Below, piece after piece: positions 12,147 through 39,925 of a DNA stretch of 64,000 bases. Each line of letters opens with the position of its first letter. Positions within the stretch are counted from its first letter, which is position 1. This DNA is from Heterodontus francisci. Taxonomy: Eukaryota. The stretch lies in contig NC_090402.1 in NCBI RefSeq assembly GCF_036365525.1, forward strand, positions 15,296,428 to 15,360,427, written 5' to 3'. Position numbers and translations under genes: made by a program. Under the pieces are notes generated by a model. That model saw only the letters and a program-made list of their open reading frames with translations, was not told the DNA's origin and searched no databases.

Positions 12147-12851
12147 GAGAGACCTTGGGGTGCAAGTACATAGTTCACTGAAAGTGGCAACACAGGTAGA
12201 CAGGGTGGTGAAGGTGGTGTATGGCATGCTTGCCTTCATCGGCCGAGGCACTGAGTACAAGAGTTGGGACGTCATGTTACAGTTGTACGTAACATTGGTT
12301 AGGCTGCATTTGGAGTACCGTGTGCAGTTCTGGTCACCGCACTACAGGAAAGATGTGATTAAGCTAGAGAGGGTGCAGAAAAAATTCATAAGGATGTTGC
12401 CTGGTTTGGAGGGCTCGAGTTATAAAGAGAGGTTGGATAGGCTGGGTCTGTTTTACCTGGAGCGAAGGAGGCTGAGAGGGGACATGATAGAGGTATATAA
12501 AATTATGACAGCCATAGATAGGGTAGATAGCCAGAGTCTGCTTCCCATGGTAGGGGTGACTAAAACTAGAGGGCATAGGTTTAAGGTGAGAGGGAGGAGG
12601 TTTAGAGGGGATCAAAGGGGTAAATTTTTCACACAAAGAATAGTGGGTCTCTGGAATGAGCTGCCTGAGGAGGTGGTGGAGGCAGGAACAGTAGCAACAT
12701 TTAAGAGGCATCTGGACAGGTACTTGAATGAGCAAGGCACAGAGGGATATGGAATTAATGCAGGCAGGTGGGATTAGTATAGATAGGCATTATGGTCGGC
12801 ATGGACGCGGTGGGCCGAAGGGCCTGTTAATATGCTGTACGACTCTATGAT
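12147..12851 (+). mobile_element. CR1 3' fragment with an intact reading frame
   Basis: Part of the 226-aa ORF 12097..12777 (RDLGVQVH, LEYRVQFWSP, FFTQRIVGLWN). Confidence 0.9.
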
Positions 12852-13137
12852 TTTGTAACCGGCTTCAGTGACCAATCAGTTCGGAATATTGCGTTAACTC
12901 TACCCTTATTTTTGAACCGCTGCGATCCTTAAATATTTGACCGCAATTGTTGACAACGCGATCGGTAGGTGGCGCTGTTCTGGCACATGCGCAGATACAG
13001 CATGTGCCACGAAAACGTCACAGCCTGCGACTGTAGCAGCTGCCAGGACTAAAGATGGCGCTGCTCAAAAAATCACAGAGATGAAACCTAACAAACACGT
13101 GGCAGAATACAATGGCCGGAGTGAGAGAGTGGAGCGG

Positions 13138-13346
13138 GCCGGGGACAGCAGCGCGGAGGCCGGGGAGATCAGCGCGGGGGCCGGGGACAGCAGCGCGGGG
13201 GCCGGGGAGATCAGCGCAGGGGCCGGGGAGATCAGCGCGGGGGCCGGGGAGAGCAGCGCGGGGGCCGGGGAGAGCAGCGCGGGGGCCGGGGAGAGCAGCG
13301 CGGGGGCCGGGGAGAGCAGCGCGGGGGCCGGGGAGAGCAGCGCGGG
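13138..13346 (+). repeat. 21-bp GC-rich minisatellite (GCCGGGGAGAGCAGCGCGGGG), ~10 copies
   Basis: Tandem units read directly from the sequence. Confidence 0.95.
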
Positions 13347-13359
13347 AGACCAGCGGTAG

Positions 13360-13540
13360 CGGAGAAAGAGGGAGAGGGAGGGGGGGAGAAAGAGGGAGAG
13401 GGAGGGGGGAGAGAGAGGGAGAGGGAGGGGGGAGAGAGAGGGAGGGGGGAGAAAGAGGGAGAGGGAGAGAAAGGGGGAGGGGGTGAAAGAGGGAGGGGGA
13501 GAGGGAGGAAGGGGAGAGAGTGGGGGGGGGGGGGGAGCAG
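13360..13540 (+). repeat. GA-rich polypurine low-complexity tract
   Basis: Almost pure G/A. Confidence 0.9.
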
Positions 13541-14306
13541 CGGAACGGAAGAGGAGTGCCTTTTTCTGTGCATGCGCCATAAACACAACAGCAAAAGACT
13601 TACTGGCCAGTCCCTGGACCCGGTGACACCAAGGTCTTCGCACGCTCGCTCCCCGCGGCTCTCTACGGCCTCTTGCTTCCGGCCCACTCCATTCAGCCGT
13701 TCCCTCCAGCTGCGGATGCCCAATCCAGTTGCTTTCTCCCCTACCCAGTTGCTTTCTCTACTTCTCCTCAGTACTTCAGGCATTGCAACTGTTTGGTCCC
13801 TGCATTTTGCGTGCTCCCTCTCCCCACCCCTCCCCGCACTCTCCACCCCTCCCCCTCTTCACCCACCCCTCCCTCTACCCCCCCACCGTAGTTGAATATC
13901 TGAAGTGCAGTTGCAAAGTCGGGGAAATAGCATGCAAAACAAAACCTCAACAATTCTGGGTTTAATTATTGAAAAGTTTTATTAAGTTCATTAAGTATCC
14001 GAGGAACTGCTGTGCATGGATACATGAGTGTTGTGTCCAGCATTCCCGTTAGACAGACAGGCCGAGTCTCTGCGATGCACAGCTAAAGAGATTGTTCCTG
14101 GAGAGCCTTGTGGTGAATAAACGCTTGGCTCTCTATTCCACTACTGTATTGTCCATGTGAAGAAGGCAAAGTCACAAGAGTTTGAGCTCAGTCTATTCTT
14201 GGTGAATGTTCCCCAAACGCATCCCAATGTGCATTCCCAATTCATCCATAAATGCAATGTTCCTTTCCACATCGTGATGAGCTCCGCAGCATGATCTAGT
14301 TGCCTT

Positions 14307-14760
14307 CGTTGCTTGAATGCTGACCTTAAGTCTCAAGGATTGTTTTCTCGACGGCATGTTTTACATGAAAAGAAATAAAGCAAATCAGAGTCAGAGCTTG
14401 CCTCCCTCCATCCACTGAAATTACTGTTGCGCACACCTTTTTAAGTTCTGCAGTGAAGGCACCAATTGATAACGTCGCCAATGAAGCACTTATTACCCAC
14501 CTCAGATGCAGGAATCAGCACATCCTTGCGTCATCTCCTGCACTGCCTCCTTTGCTGGAATGCCGTCCTTAAGTGTCAAGGATTGTTTTCTCAAGGGCAC
14601 GTTTTACATGAAAGGAAATAAGGAAAGAACATCAGTGTCAGAGCTTCCCTCCCTCCAATGATATTACTGTTGAGCATGCTTTGTGTTCTGCGGTAAAGGC
14701 ATGTACTGATAACACCGCCAATGAATCACTTAGTACCCACCTCAACTGTAGGAGTCAGGA
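14307..14760. repeat. Diverged tandem duplication with a ~240-bp unit
   Basis: ccttaagt.tcaaggattgttttctc...tacccacctca occurs twice (~14325 and ~14567). Confidence 0.85.
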
Positions 14761-14940
14761 TGATGTTACTGCCCCTATCTCGTGATGGTTCAATGCTGCT
14801 CTCAGGGAAAACATGAATGATGTGAGGGTGCTGGAAAAGAAGCACATTTCTTTTGGGCTATGAACATAAAGCTGGCCATTTAGCCCAGCAGTTCCCTGCC
14901 AGTGGTTATGTTACTCGTGCGTCTTTCCATCCATTCCCAT

Positions 14941-15951
14941 TTAATGCTGCCTACTATCACCAGTTGTGTTCACAGCAAGAGCATTCACATTTCTGCTACC
15001 ACTGGACACGGCATGCTTGTTTCTTTTAGTGCTCAGTCTCTTCTTGCTGAATGTTCCCCAAGTGCTTGACCCCTTTGGACACCCTCTCTGCTTGACAGGC
15101 AGCAACTGGCAATTGCGGAGTCTCACAAGGCTCTGCATGGTTGTTTCAACGTCGGATGGGGTAACAGGTGGCTGTGTGTCCATGAGCACTGCCCTGATGG
15201 GTGTAGGAGCAGGCAACTGTGTGCCCATGAGCACTGCCCTGATGGGTGTAGGAGCAGGTAACTGTGTGTCCATGTGCACTGCCCTGATGGGTGTAGGAGC
15301 AGGTGACTGTGTGCCCATGAGCACTGCCCTGATGGGTGTAGGAGCAGGTGACTGTGTAACTGAGCAGCAAGGAGAGGGTACCGCAGGTAGGGGAAGTGGA
15401 GATTTGAACAGGTAGGCATATGTATGGTCCATCAGATCATTAGGCCAGGGGGTGAGACGCTCAGGATCCAGGGTTTGCGACACGTGACTGATGTCCAGCG
15501 TGCGGCCACCTCCATCCGAAGGTGCTTCCGGGCAATTGTTGGGCATAGTAAATGGCTCCATCTCATCAGCCAGTCCTTGCTGCCAGCGGAGAGTCTGTTG
15601 CCGCAGCCAGTCCAGTCTCCTCATGAATGCTGCCGTTCCACTCTGCAGAACGGCCTGTTGTTGCTGGTACAATTGATCTGAAAGCAAGCGGTATTTTTCA
15701 TTGTGACTGAGGGGCCTTGGCTGTTCCTCTGTAATCACAATGGCAGCAGCCATGCCTGTCGTCGTTGGTGTCTGAGATGCACGCCAGCGACAATTGGGGG
15801 CGAGCCTGTCCAAAGGCAGACCCAGATGCCTCTGCACAACAACAGCATGTTTGCAGGGCAACAAAGTCTGAATGGAGAAGATGCAGCTGCAGGTAGCCTG
15901 GCCATCATGTATCTGCAGTGTGTACTGTTTGGCGCCAGAAATCACAGTCAC
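14941..15951 (-). CDS. SWIM zinc-finger ORF resembling the C-terminal half of MULE/ZSWIM1-3-like transposase proteins (probably partial or spliced)
   Basis: CSC-x9-CKH SWIM motif, then a LSHNEKYR...F..RL..L.....W helical segment, four 15-aa Pro/Thr repeats and an AT-hook-like KQRGCPKG. There is no ATG start; the ORF follows a possible tag/cag acceptor. Confidence 0.6.
   Translation of the reverse strand: MTVISGAKQYTLQIHDGQATCSCIFSIQTLLPCKHAVVVQRHLGLPLDRLAPNCRWRASQTPTTTGMAAAIVITEEQPRPLSHNEKYRLLSDQLYQQQQAVLQSGTAAFMRRLDWLRQQTLRWQQGLADEMEPFTMPNNCPEAPSDGGGRTLDISHVSQTLDPERLTPWPNDLMDHTYAYLFKSPLPLPAVPSPCCSVTQSPAPTPIRAVLMGTQSPAPTPIRAVHMDTQLPAPTPIRAVLMGTQLPAPTPIRAVLMDTQPPVTPSDVETTMQSLVRLRNCQLLPVKQRGCPKGSSTWGTFSKKRLSTKRNKHAVSSGSRNVNALAVNTTGDSRQH
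15173..15360. repeat. 45-bp coding tandem repeat, 4 copies (TQSPAPTPIRAVLMG)
   Basis: ccatgagcactgccctgatgggtgtaggagcagg is repeated. Confidence 0.95.
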
Positions 15952-16197
15952 TGTGCCTTCATCCTGCTACATGCGGTGGCCCAGACAATAGAAATGTTTT
16001 CAGAGCAACTCACAACAGGGACTGGAGAACATGCGGTGGCCCAGACAATGGAAATGTTTTCAGAGCAACTTACCTTGGAACAATCTCCTGCGTCAAATAA
16101 AAATGAAGCAAGTCTCCAAAACGAATAAATAATTCAGATAAAATGCCCGACGAAACCTCCCCTCCTTGCACTTTCAAAAAGTCGCGCCGAAGCTTTG

Positions 16198-16375
16198 GCG
16201 CATGCGCAGAAGCCAAACAGGCGCGTCCGCGAGAAAGACGAATAACTCGATGACGTCATCTGCGCATGCGCAGACAAACTTATCGGCAGGTCGTCTGCGC
16301 ATGCGCATATCTGTCCTGGTAAGTCGGGCCGCAGCGCATGCGCAGTGGGCATGAGGCCGTCTGCGCATGTGCGCA
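16198..16375. promoter_or_regulatory. Cluster of NRF1-type GCGCATGCGCA palindromes plus a CRE
   Basis: GCGCATGCGCA at 16198, 16262, 16297 and 16334, a variant at 16362, and TGACGTCA at 16251. Confidence 0.65.
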
Positions 16376-16446
16376 CCGCGGCGCATCCTGATGACGTTGT
16401 CCGATGCAGTCGCGTTGTCATGAATTACTTTGTATTTTAAAATATC

Positions 16447-32462
<16,016 letters not shown>

Positions 32463-35436
32463 ATTTATTTTAGCCAGTGTCCATGGAAACAAGAATGCGT
32501 TATGTACTATGGTGTAATGTCATATGATGCTATTAGCTGTATATTTTAAATTGATTCATTTTGGGACAGTAACGTCACAGACCTATGGTGTTGAGTGTAT
32601 TTACAAAGTAAATTTTATTATGATTAACTGGATATTCTTCTGTGGCAGTGTTCTCAGAATTAAGTAAACTAAATTTTATCTCTCTGCATCTGTTTTTCTG
32701 CTTATCTCCTGCTCTTTCCTTCTGTTTCCCTCTTTCTGGCTTTAAAGGCAAGATGAACTGAAGGACACAATTGTGATTTGGAGTGGCCTCGCATTTTACC
32801 ATTTCCAGAATAAAGCTGCAAGTCATTTGTTCTGTGCTTTGCTTTATTCCTCCTCTTTAAGAATTTAAATTCATAAAGATAAATGTGACTTATATGTTGT
32901 GATGGGAATGCGTAATATGCAACCTTTGATAAAAGGGCTTTTTGAAGTTAATCATTTCAGTATGCTGTAGGAAACTTGCAAAAAGTTGAGAAGCTGTGCA
33001 TTTCACTTGGATGCTGAAGACTTTGGCTTAGTTACCCAAATATTCATTATAATCAGTCAAGTTTTGGGGAACATGTTTACGCCTTTGGCAGAGCCTTACT
33101 GGCCCCTTTGGTGCGGAAATTGTGAAGGAGAGAGCAAATATCATAAAAATGGAAGGAAAGAAAACAATTAAACCCATTTGAATGATCGATAAGTTCAAAT
33201 TTATTCTGTGACATTTTACAATTCCAGTGAATACAGTGCAAACTTTCACGACAATACAGTCAACATAAGCGTATCGTACAAGCTAATCTATACATGGACG
33301 AAGTGCAGCTAAACCAGAGATTTGAACTGGATTGCGGATGAAGGAGGGGTGGGGGAAGAAAGAGACTTGTATATGAATTACACTACAATCTGTACTTATA
33401 GATATATTTAAGCCATTTAATATGTTGCATCTGTGGAGGAACACCCAGTAGGCTAGCATGGGAATGGGAGCGGTGAGAGTTCAGGAGGTTTAATTAACTT
33501 GTTGGTACTTGGTGTGAGCCATTAAGTGGGAGTTTGAACTGAATGAAGGTGCTTAAATTATGAATCCCTTACATTGGGATATTTAGATGTCTGTATATGT
33601 GGGGATTATGAGTACACATCTGCCGTTGAATTTTTCCTGTTTCACCTCTGCTTCCTTTCATCTTTTCCTACTTCTCTTCTCATTCCAATGGCTCCTGAGG
33701 GAGGACTGGTTCCAGACATCTTGTTTGCTCTGTAGATAACAATGTCGGTGATCACATGATGATACATTGGTGCTACTGGCTATGAGAATGAAAACAAATA
33801 AATGTGCCTGAAGAGTGGGAAATGCAGAGGGAATCTCTGGTCATGACCGAGGTAGGTGGAATTGGTGGGTGGGAGGGGAAGAGAGGGCGTGGGAGGCAGC
33901 ATAGGAGGAAGCAGAGATATCTAAATAGGCCAGAAGGAATAAAAGGTTATAAAAATACTCAAGGATCGTTTACACTACTAACTAGAAACAAGACCCAAGT
34001 GAAAACTAATCCATTATTAGTGCAACATTGTAAACAAAAACCTGGTTAGCTAATGGGCGCCATGCAAACTACACAAAGTTGTCTTTTACTCATCAGTTTA
34101 GGAGTTAACAAAGCATGATTTGAGTAATTTCAGCTAGTGATGTTTAACTAGATTTATTTTACACAGCTTATGCTTTGCAGCCCCTTGAAATCTTCAGTTT
34201 CCTAATAGCATTCCATTACAAACAGTTGTACATGCATCTTATCAAAAGTTCACGATCAACAAATTATATCAGTAAATTCCTTCAAACCAACAATCATTTT
34301 ACAGTGAAGAGCATCACTCAAATAAAAAAAAATCTGTGGAAAATATTTAACTTGGGTTGTTAAAGTCTCCTAGCATGGCACAGAATGGTGCTTGAATTTA
34401 TTAGTCCTCTAGCAAAGTGAAGCAATAAGAGACAGTATCCCTCTTGTTGCATTTGATAACTTGTGCTTATTTTTTTTGGAATGAAATACAGTCGAACGCT
34501 AACTGTAGGAAGAAACTTCTATAGTCTCCTGCTGCCTCCTCTGCAAGCAGTTACTATTGCTATTCTACATGTCCACCACACATCCAGCGTACGGCCCGAT
34601 GATCAATCGTCAATAATAATCCTGGGCAGCAAGTGTTGGCAGTCTATTGTACCGTGGGACACGTCACAGCCAAACATGAACCTACCTGATGTTTACACAC
34701 ACACATTTTCTAGCTGGTGTCACCAGAGAGCAACGTGGACCAGGAAGCCTAGATTATTCTACTACCTGATCCTAGACATGAAATGAGGCTTCTCTAAACA
34801 TAACTTGTAAATGTATATTAAATAAAGTGAATAGTCAGCATTTAAACTAATAGTTGATCGGCACAGCCCTAGTCATTTACTCATGTTCTACCTAAGCAGC
34901 AATATTTCACCCCAAAAAATGTTTGTTTAAAAAGTCAATTATGATGAGGTAGTGAAGTCTTTTCCTTCATCTAAGAGAATAAGTTTTCTCTGGTGGGTGT
35001 GGATCTGGTAACTACTGCCAAATCAGAAAACAAGGGACAAACTATCAACCTCTGAAATTTGGAATGTGACATGTCCCACTCAGCAAGAGAAAAACAAAGT
35101 TTAAAAATAAATTGGTACAAACTGCGATGTAGTTGTGATTTTGTTCTATCGTGACGAAGACCATTTGTAAGCTGGGGGGGGGCGGCGGTGCAGGGAGATC
35201 TGTCTTTCTATCTTTCTCCATTCTTCCTGCTCCCTGCATCAACAACTAGCATTTAAATAATGCCTTTAACATAGAAAATATATCCAAGGTGCTTCAAATG
35301 AGCATAATCAGACAAAAAAATTATACTATGCCAAAGCTTTTAGGATTAAGTAGGTTTTAGGATAAAGCACCAATCACCGCTGAGTGACTAGCAATTGACT
35401 TCCAAGTCTCTGATTTTCTGGACCAGTTCCTGTACG

Positions 35437-35762
35437 TGGCACAGGGCGGCGCAGTGGTTAGCACCGCAGCCTCACAGCTCCAGCGACCCGGGTTCAGTTC
35501 TGGGTACTGCCTGTGTGGAGTTTGCAAGTCCTCCCTGTCACAGTGTGGGTTTTTGCCGGGTGCTCCAGTTTCCTCCCACAGCCAAAGACTTGCAGGTTGA
35601 TAGATAAATTGGCCATTGTAAATTGCCCCTAGTGTAGGTGGGTGGTGGGGATGTGGTAGGGAATATGGGATTAATGTAGGATTAGTATAAATGGTTGGTT
35701 GAGGTCAGCACAGACACGGTGGGCCAAAGGGCCTGTTTCAGTGCTGTATGTCTCTATGTCTC
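35437..35762 (+). mobile_element. V-SINE/HE1-like SINE
   Basis: Same family as 9971-10331. Confidence 0.85.
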
Positions 35763-36083
35763 TAAGTGGATAGATTGGCCTAGATTGAGTGACTCATCAA
35801 TTTTTCCCCTTAAACTTCCCCCCGATTTCTTTGGGGAAGTTCCATCCCTCTCCTCAGTACTACTTTTCCCTACTGACAGATTACAATTTGCTCATGTTTA
35901 CTAAGTCTTAACATACACTTTGTGAATGTTGTTCTGCATTACTGCAGGTTATTTTATCATACCACTGTCCCCTTTGTACCACTCCTGGTTGACTTGGCAT
36001 TACTAAGGGGCACATCAGAACTAATATTCACTGCATTTTCCAATACGTTTTATATATATTTTATATATATTTTCCATGTATGA

Positions 36084-36522
36084 TTCCTGGGATGGCTGGA
36101 CTGACGTTTGAGGAGAGATTGAGTTGGTTAGGATTATATTCGCTGGAGTTCAGAAGAGTGAGGGAGGATCTCAGAAACCCATAAAATTCTAACAGGACTT
36201 GACAGGGTAGATGCAGGAAGGTGGTGGGGGAGTCCAGAACCAGGGGTCATAGTCTAAGGATACGGAGTAAACCTTTCGGGACTGAGATGAGAAATTTCTT
36301 CACCCAGAGAGTGATGAGCCTGTGGAATTCGCTACCACAGAGAGCAGTTGAGGCCAAAATATTGTATGTTTTCAAGAAGGAGTTAGATATAGCTCTTGGG
36401 GCAAAAGGGATTAAAGGATATGGGGGGAAAGCGGGAACAGGTTACTGAGTTAGACGATCAGCCGTGATCATAATGAATCGTGGGGTAGGCCCAAAGTGCC
36501 AAATGGCCTACTATTTTCTATG
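36084..36522 (+). mobile_element. CR1 3' fragment
   Basis: GESRTRGHSLRIR, FFTQRVMSLWNSLP. Confidence 0.88.
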
Positions 36523-36904
36523 TATAGTATATAGGTTTCAGCCGAGATTTTACTGAGTGTAAAATCATAAGTTCCATCAGTGCATAAGTCACATGCTCAG
36601 ATTTGCAGATCTTAAGAACTTTGGTTTATACACCTGATATCTAGCAATGGAAATCTAAGACACTCTCATATGACTAGATCTGCTGGTTTAAGGTATGGTT
36701 AAAAACCTTTTCTTTAATCAATACTTGCTCTCTTTAAAAACAGAATCTTATTTCTTCCCTCCCCTCTTTTCCATTTGATATGAGGTGGGATTAGACAGAG
36801 AGAGCGCATTTATATTGAGCCCAAACCTATCCTCACCCCAATATCCACACAAAAATTGTCCATTATCCAATGAGAGGAGTCCCTGGATAACGATCAGGAA
36901 TAGC

Positions 36905-37170
36905 AACAAAAAACAAAATACTGTAGATGATGGAAATCTGAAATGAAAACACAAAATTCTGGAGAGACTCAGCAAGTCAGGAAATATTTGTAAAGAAAGG
37001 TAAATGGTTAACCTTTCAGCTATAATCCTTTGTCAGAACACTTATGGGAATAGTTATACCTGGAATATTAACCTTTTCCCTTTTGTTACATTTGTTGCCT
37101 GATCTGAGTGTTTCCAGTAATTTTGATTTTTTGTCTGATTTCCAGCAGCTGCAGTATTTTAGTTTTTGCA
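36905..37170. mobile_element. Degraded Penelope-like inverted terminal remnant
   Basis: aaaatactg.agatg.tggaaatctgaa mirrored by gatttccagca.ctgcagtatttt. Confidence 0.6.
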
Positions 37171-37795
37171 AAATGTGGCTTAAGATTAACATGATTGCAT
37201 CAACGGTGGGAGTGCATTATTTTTTTTAACCGAACTGAAAAGTACCACTCAGCAAGTTTTCTCTCTTCAAACTGATGACTTGTGTTAAGGGATATGTGAA
37301 AAGCACCAGCAGTGGCCATTTACCAGTCTGATGTTTCAGGCATAATTTTTCATTCATCTGTTCTAATCAAGGGCTACGCCTGAAACATCAACAGCTTCCT
37401 TTCTTTAATCAATTCTGCCTATCAGGAGTGGAAACCCTGGCTAATTTATTTTTATCCACCTCCCTTCACCAGGGTGAGACTAGTTACTTCAGTGCAGACC
37501 AGGGAATAGACGAGGAGCCCTTCCTCATGCAATTGGCTTAATTTCACATCGGGGAATGTATTTACCATTGGGGAAGCCTTAACACATTCTTTAGTATTAT
37601 GGTTATCATTTGCACGAAACTAATAATTTATCAGATAGGTATTAACTTGTTTGGGGTCTCCTCAGAATATTACGATTTCCTCCTCCTGGTGCCATTGGTA
37701 TGTTTTTTGCATTTCAAAAAAAAAAGGAATACTGCCCTTGTACCAGCAAAAACAGCATAGCCACTGCTGTGTTATGGTATGTACAATTATCTCAA

Positions 37796-39367
37796 TCAAA
37801 CCATCAGCATAAGGAAAAGATACAAAGGCAAAAAAAGATTGTCTATTTGATCAGTGTAAGTTTCTAGCAGGGAGACTATAACAATAGATCCCACAATCCA
37901 GCTGTAGCTGCCATTCAGATTCACTGTTTTATCAAAGATCAGAATCAAAGCAACAGCAATGATCTGGGCAAAAACAGAGGTCGCTGTTCCTTCAAAGGTC
38001 TTCTTTGTTCCAGGCCACCTAACTTCTCCCATTGTGCTTCCAAAAGCAGAGGCCATGGCATCGCCAATCCCCACAGCCAGGACGCCAGCATAGGGAGCCA
38101 GTGCTACCTCCCCTGGAAAAGAGCTTTGGGGGACAAACACCCCAGGGAACAACCATACGGGCAGGGTCAGTCCTAGCAGCAGGTAAATGTGTGTCAGGAT
38201 CAAAGGACCACTATCACGGTCATCAAGAAACAGGGCCAGCATTGGTCTCAATATCATTCCAAGTGGTTTAATCCTAAAATGCCTTATATATTCCAAAACC
38301 ACAAAGGCAGCAAAGCAAACTACAGCAGCAACGTAGAGTAACTGACGATCATAGATGAGGCCTGGGATGTAAGTTGCCACTATAATGATATGAAAGCTTT
38401 TCCGCATAGCAGTGGAAGCTTTGTACTCTTTAGATCCAGATGATTGCTTACTGTTCTGATGAAAGACAATGACTGAAGCAAGAAGTGCCAGTGCGATCCA
38501 GTAGCTCAGTAGGCAGATCCTGGTTCTCGTGTTGGTGAGGAAGTTGAGAAGCCAAACAAAAAGATCGTTCCTGGTCAGTCGGTAGAACCAGGGCGCCATG
38601 ATTCCCAATCCAAAAATGACTGCCATCACGTGGAAAATCAGTGAAGAAACCCAGGTCTTAGAGTCCATAAAACAGTACAAAATTGTGAAAACCAGTCCCA
38701 GGAAGGTGGTCCCAACAACCGTCACCAAGAGGAATGATGCAAGTGGATCACATCTGCCATCTCCAAAAGTCAAAGAGCGTTTGATGAGCTGGTTGGTGAC
38801 TATGCTCAAACCTGACAAGAACAACATTACTTCTCCTGGGGTGAAGCTCCGGGGCATAATATAAAGGACAATGAGAGAAAGATAGACAAAGATCAATAGT
38901 ACCTCTAGGATTTCGATGACCTCGGAAACAGAAAGAGTGTGCTTAAGGGCATATATTATGGCACTCGCTGCAAAACCATACACAATGCTGGTATTAGTGG
39001 GCAATGGCTTTGTGAGGCCCAAACCCAATAATGAGACGAACAGAGCAATGGCCATTCCCGCAGCCGAACACACAATGCAGAATCGCTCGAAGTGTACATT
39101 TCCAACTGTTCCCCACTGCTCATTTAACACAATTCCTAGCAGAGGCAAAACCACACTGGCTGGCAGCAGACCACTGCTAAAAGCCGTTCTGTATTGAAAA
39201 ACTGCATTTCCGGACTTCAGTAGCCGGTCCCACTTGTGCTGGACGTAATAAGCCTGAATCGCCAAGGCGAGTGTGCACCAGGAAAACGTGTTCCAGATCA
39301 CAGCATGGACAGACAGCACGATGATGAAAACAATTAATGACTCCACAAAGACGGGATTTTTCAACAT
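37796..39367 (-). CDS. DOLK: Dolichol kinase, 523 aa, single coding exon
   Basis: Multi-TM ORF with [52 protein letters not shown] (CTP-transferase motif) and TDQIDNL. Confidence 0.97.
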   Translation of the reverse strand: MLKNPVFVESLIVFIIVLSVHAVIWNTFSWCTLALAIQAYYVQHKWDRLLKSGNAVFQYRTAFSSGLLPASVVLPLLGIVLNEQWGTVGNVHFERFCIVCSAAGMAIALFVSLLGLGLTKPLPTNTSIVYGFAASAIIYALKHTLSVSEVIEILEVLLIFVYLSLIVLYIMPRSFTPGEVMLFLSGLSIVTNQLIKRSLTFGDGRCDPLASFLLVTVVGTTFLGLVFTILYCFMDSKTWVSSLIFHVMAVIFGLGIMAPWFYRLTRNDLFVWLLNFLTNTRTRICLLSYWIALALLASVIVFHQNSKQSSGSKEYKASTAMRKSFHIIIVATYIPGLIYDRQLLYVAAVVCFAAFVVLEYIRHFRIKPLGMILRPMLALFLDDRDSGPLILTHIYLLLGLTLPVWLFPGVFVPQSSFPGEVALAPYAGVLAVGIGDAMASAFGSTMGEVRWPGTKKTFEGTATSVFAQIIAVALILIFDKTVNLNGSYSWIVGSIVIVSLLETYTDQIDNLFLPLYLFLMLMV

Positions 39368-39589
39368 AGCTGTAGACTTTTCTTCTGCTGTTCACGGACC
39401 GAGAAAGTTTTAATTACTCTAGAATCCAGGAAAATGTTTGAGGTTCCATTCCATCTGACAAAAATTATTCCTTTACATATTCCCTTTGATCGTATTTTCT
39501 TCCACCTTTTGCAACCGGGTAGATCTAACTGATTGTCAGACCTGGAACAGAGATTGTAACGTGACCACATTAATTACAGTTTGATTAAT

Positions 39590-39925
39590 AGAGACATATA
39601 AGATAATCAGAGGGTTAGATAGGGCGGATAGTGAGAGTCTTTTTCCTCGGATGGTGATGGCAAACACGAGGGGACATAGCTTTAAGTTGAGGGGTGATAG
39701 ATATAGGACAGATGTCAGAGGTAGTTTCTTTACTCAGAGAGTAGTAGGGGCGTGGCACGCCCTGCCTGCAACAGTAGTAGACTCGCCAACTTTAAGGGCA
39801 TTTAAGTGGTCATTGGATAGACATATGGATGAAAATGGAATAGTGTAGGTCAGATGGTTTCACAGGTCGGCGCAACATCGAGGGCCGAAGGGCCTGTACT
39901 GCGCTGTAATGTTCTATGTTCTATT
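39590..39925 (+). mobile_element. CR1 3' fragment
   Basis: NTRGHSFKLRG..FFTQRVVGAW. Confidence 0.85.

Larger units (their letters stand above)
12951..16420 (-). mobile_element. Putative DNA-transposon derivative (Mutator-like/ZSWIM-type) bounded by an 11-bp inverted repeat
   Basis: TGACAACGCGA at 12951-12961 and TCGCGTTGTCA at 16410-16420. Both ends are CpG-rich, and the interior has a SWIM-finger ORF and tandem repeats. Confidence 0.6.

Noticed and set aside
12852-12950. Extension of the element's inverted repeat into the flanks
   Set aside because: The shared words (tggtcact, gttcaaaa) occur at different offsets and give no collinear alignment with 16421-16520.
13138-13346. CRISPR-like array
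   Set aside because: The units are contiguous with no unique spacers, and the context is a vertebrate genome.
12937-13965. Several overlapping ORFs of 100-200 aa
   Set aside because: They are by-products of the 21-bp minisatellite and stop-free purine/pyrimidine tracts.
13995-14052. Plus-strand peptide NCCAWIHECCV resembling a PHD-finger fragment
   Set aside because: It is very short, bounded by stops and on the opposite strand to the SWIM ORF, so it is probably chance.
38032-39197. Plus-strand ORFs overlapping DOLK
   Set aside because: They are antisense shadows of the DOLK coding sequence.
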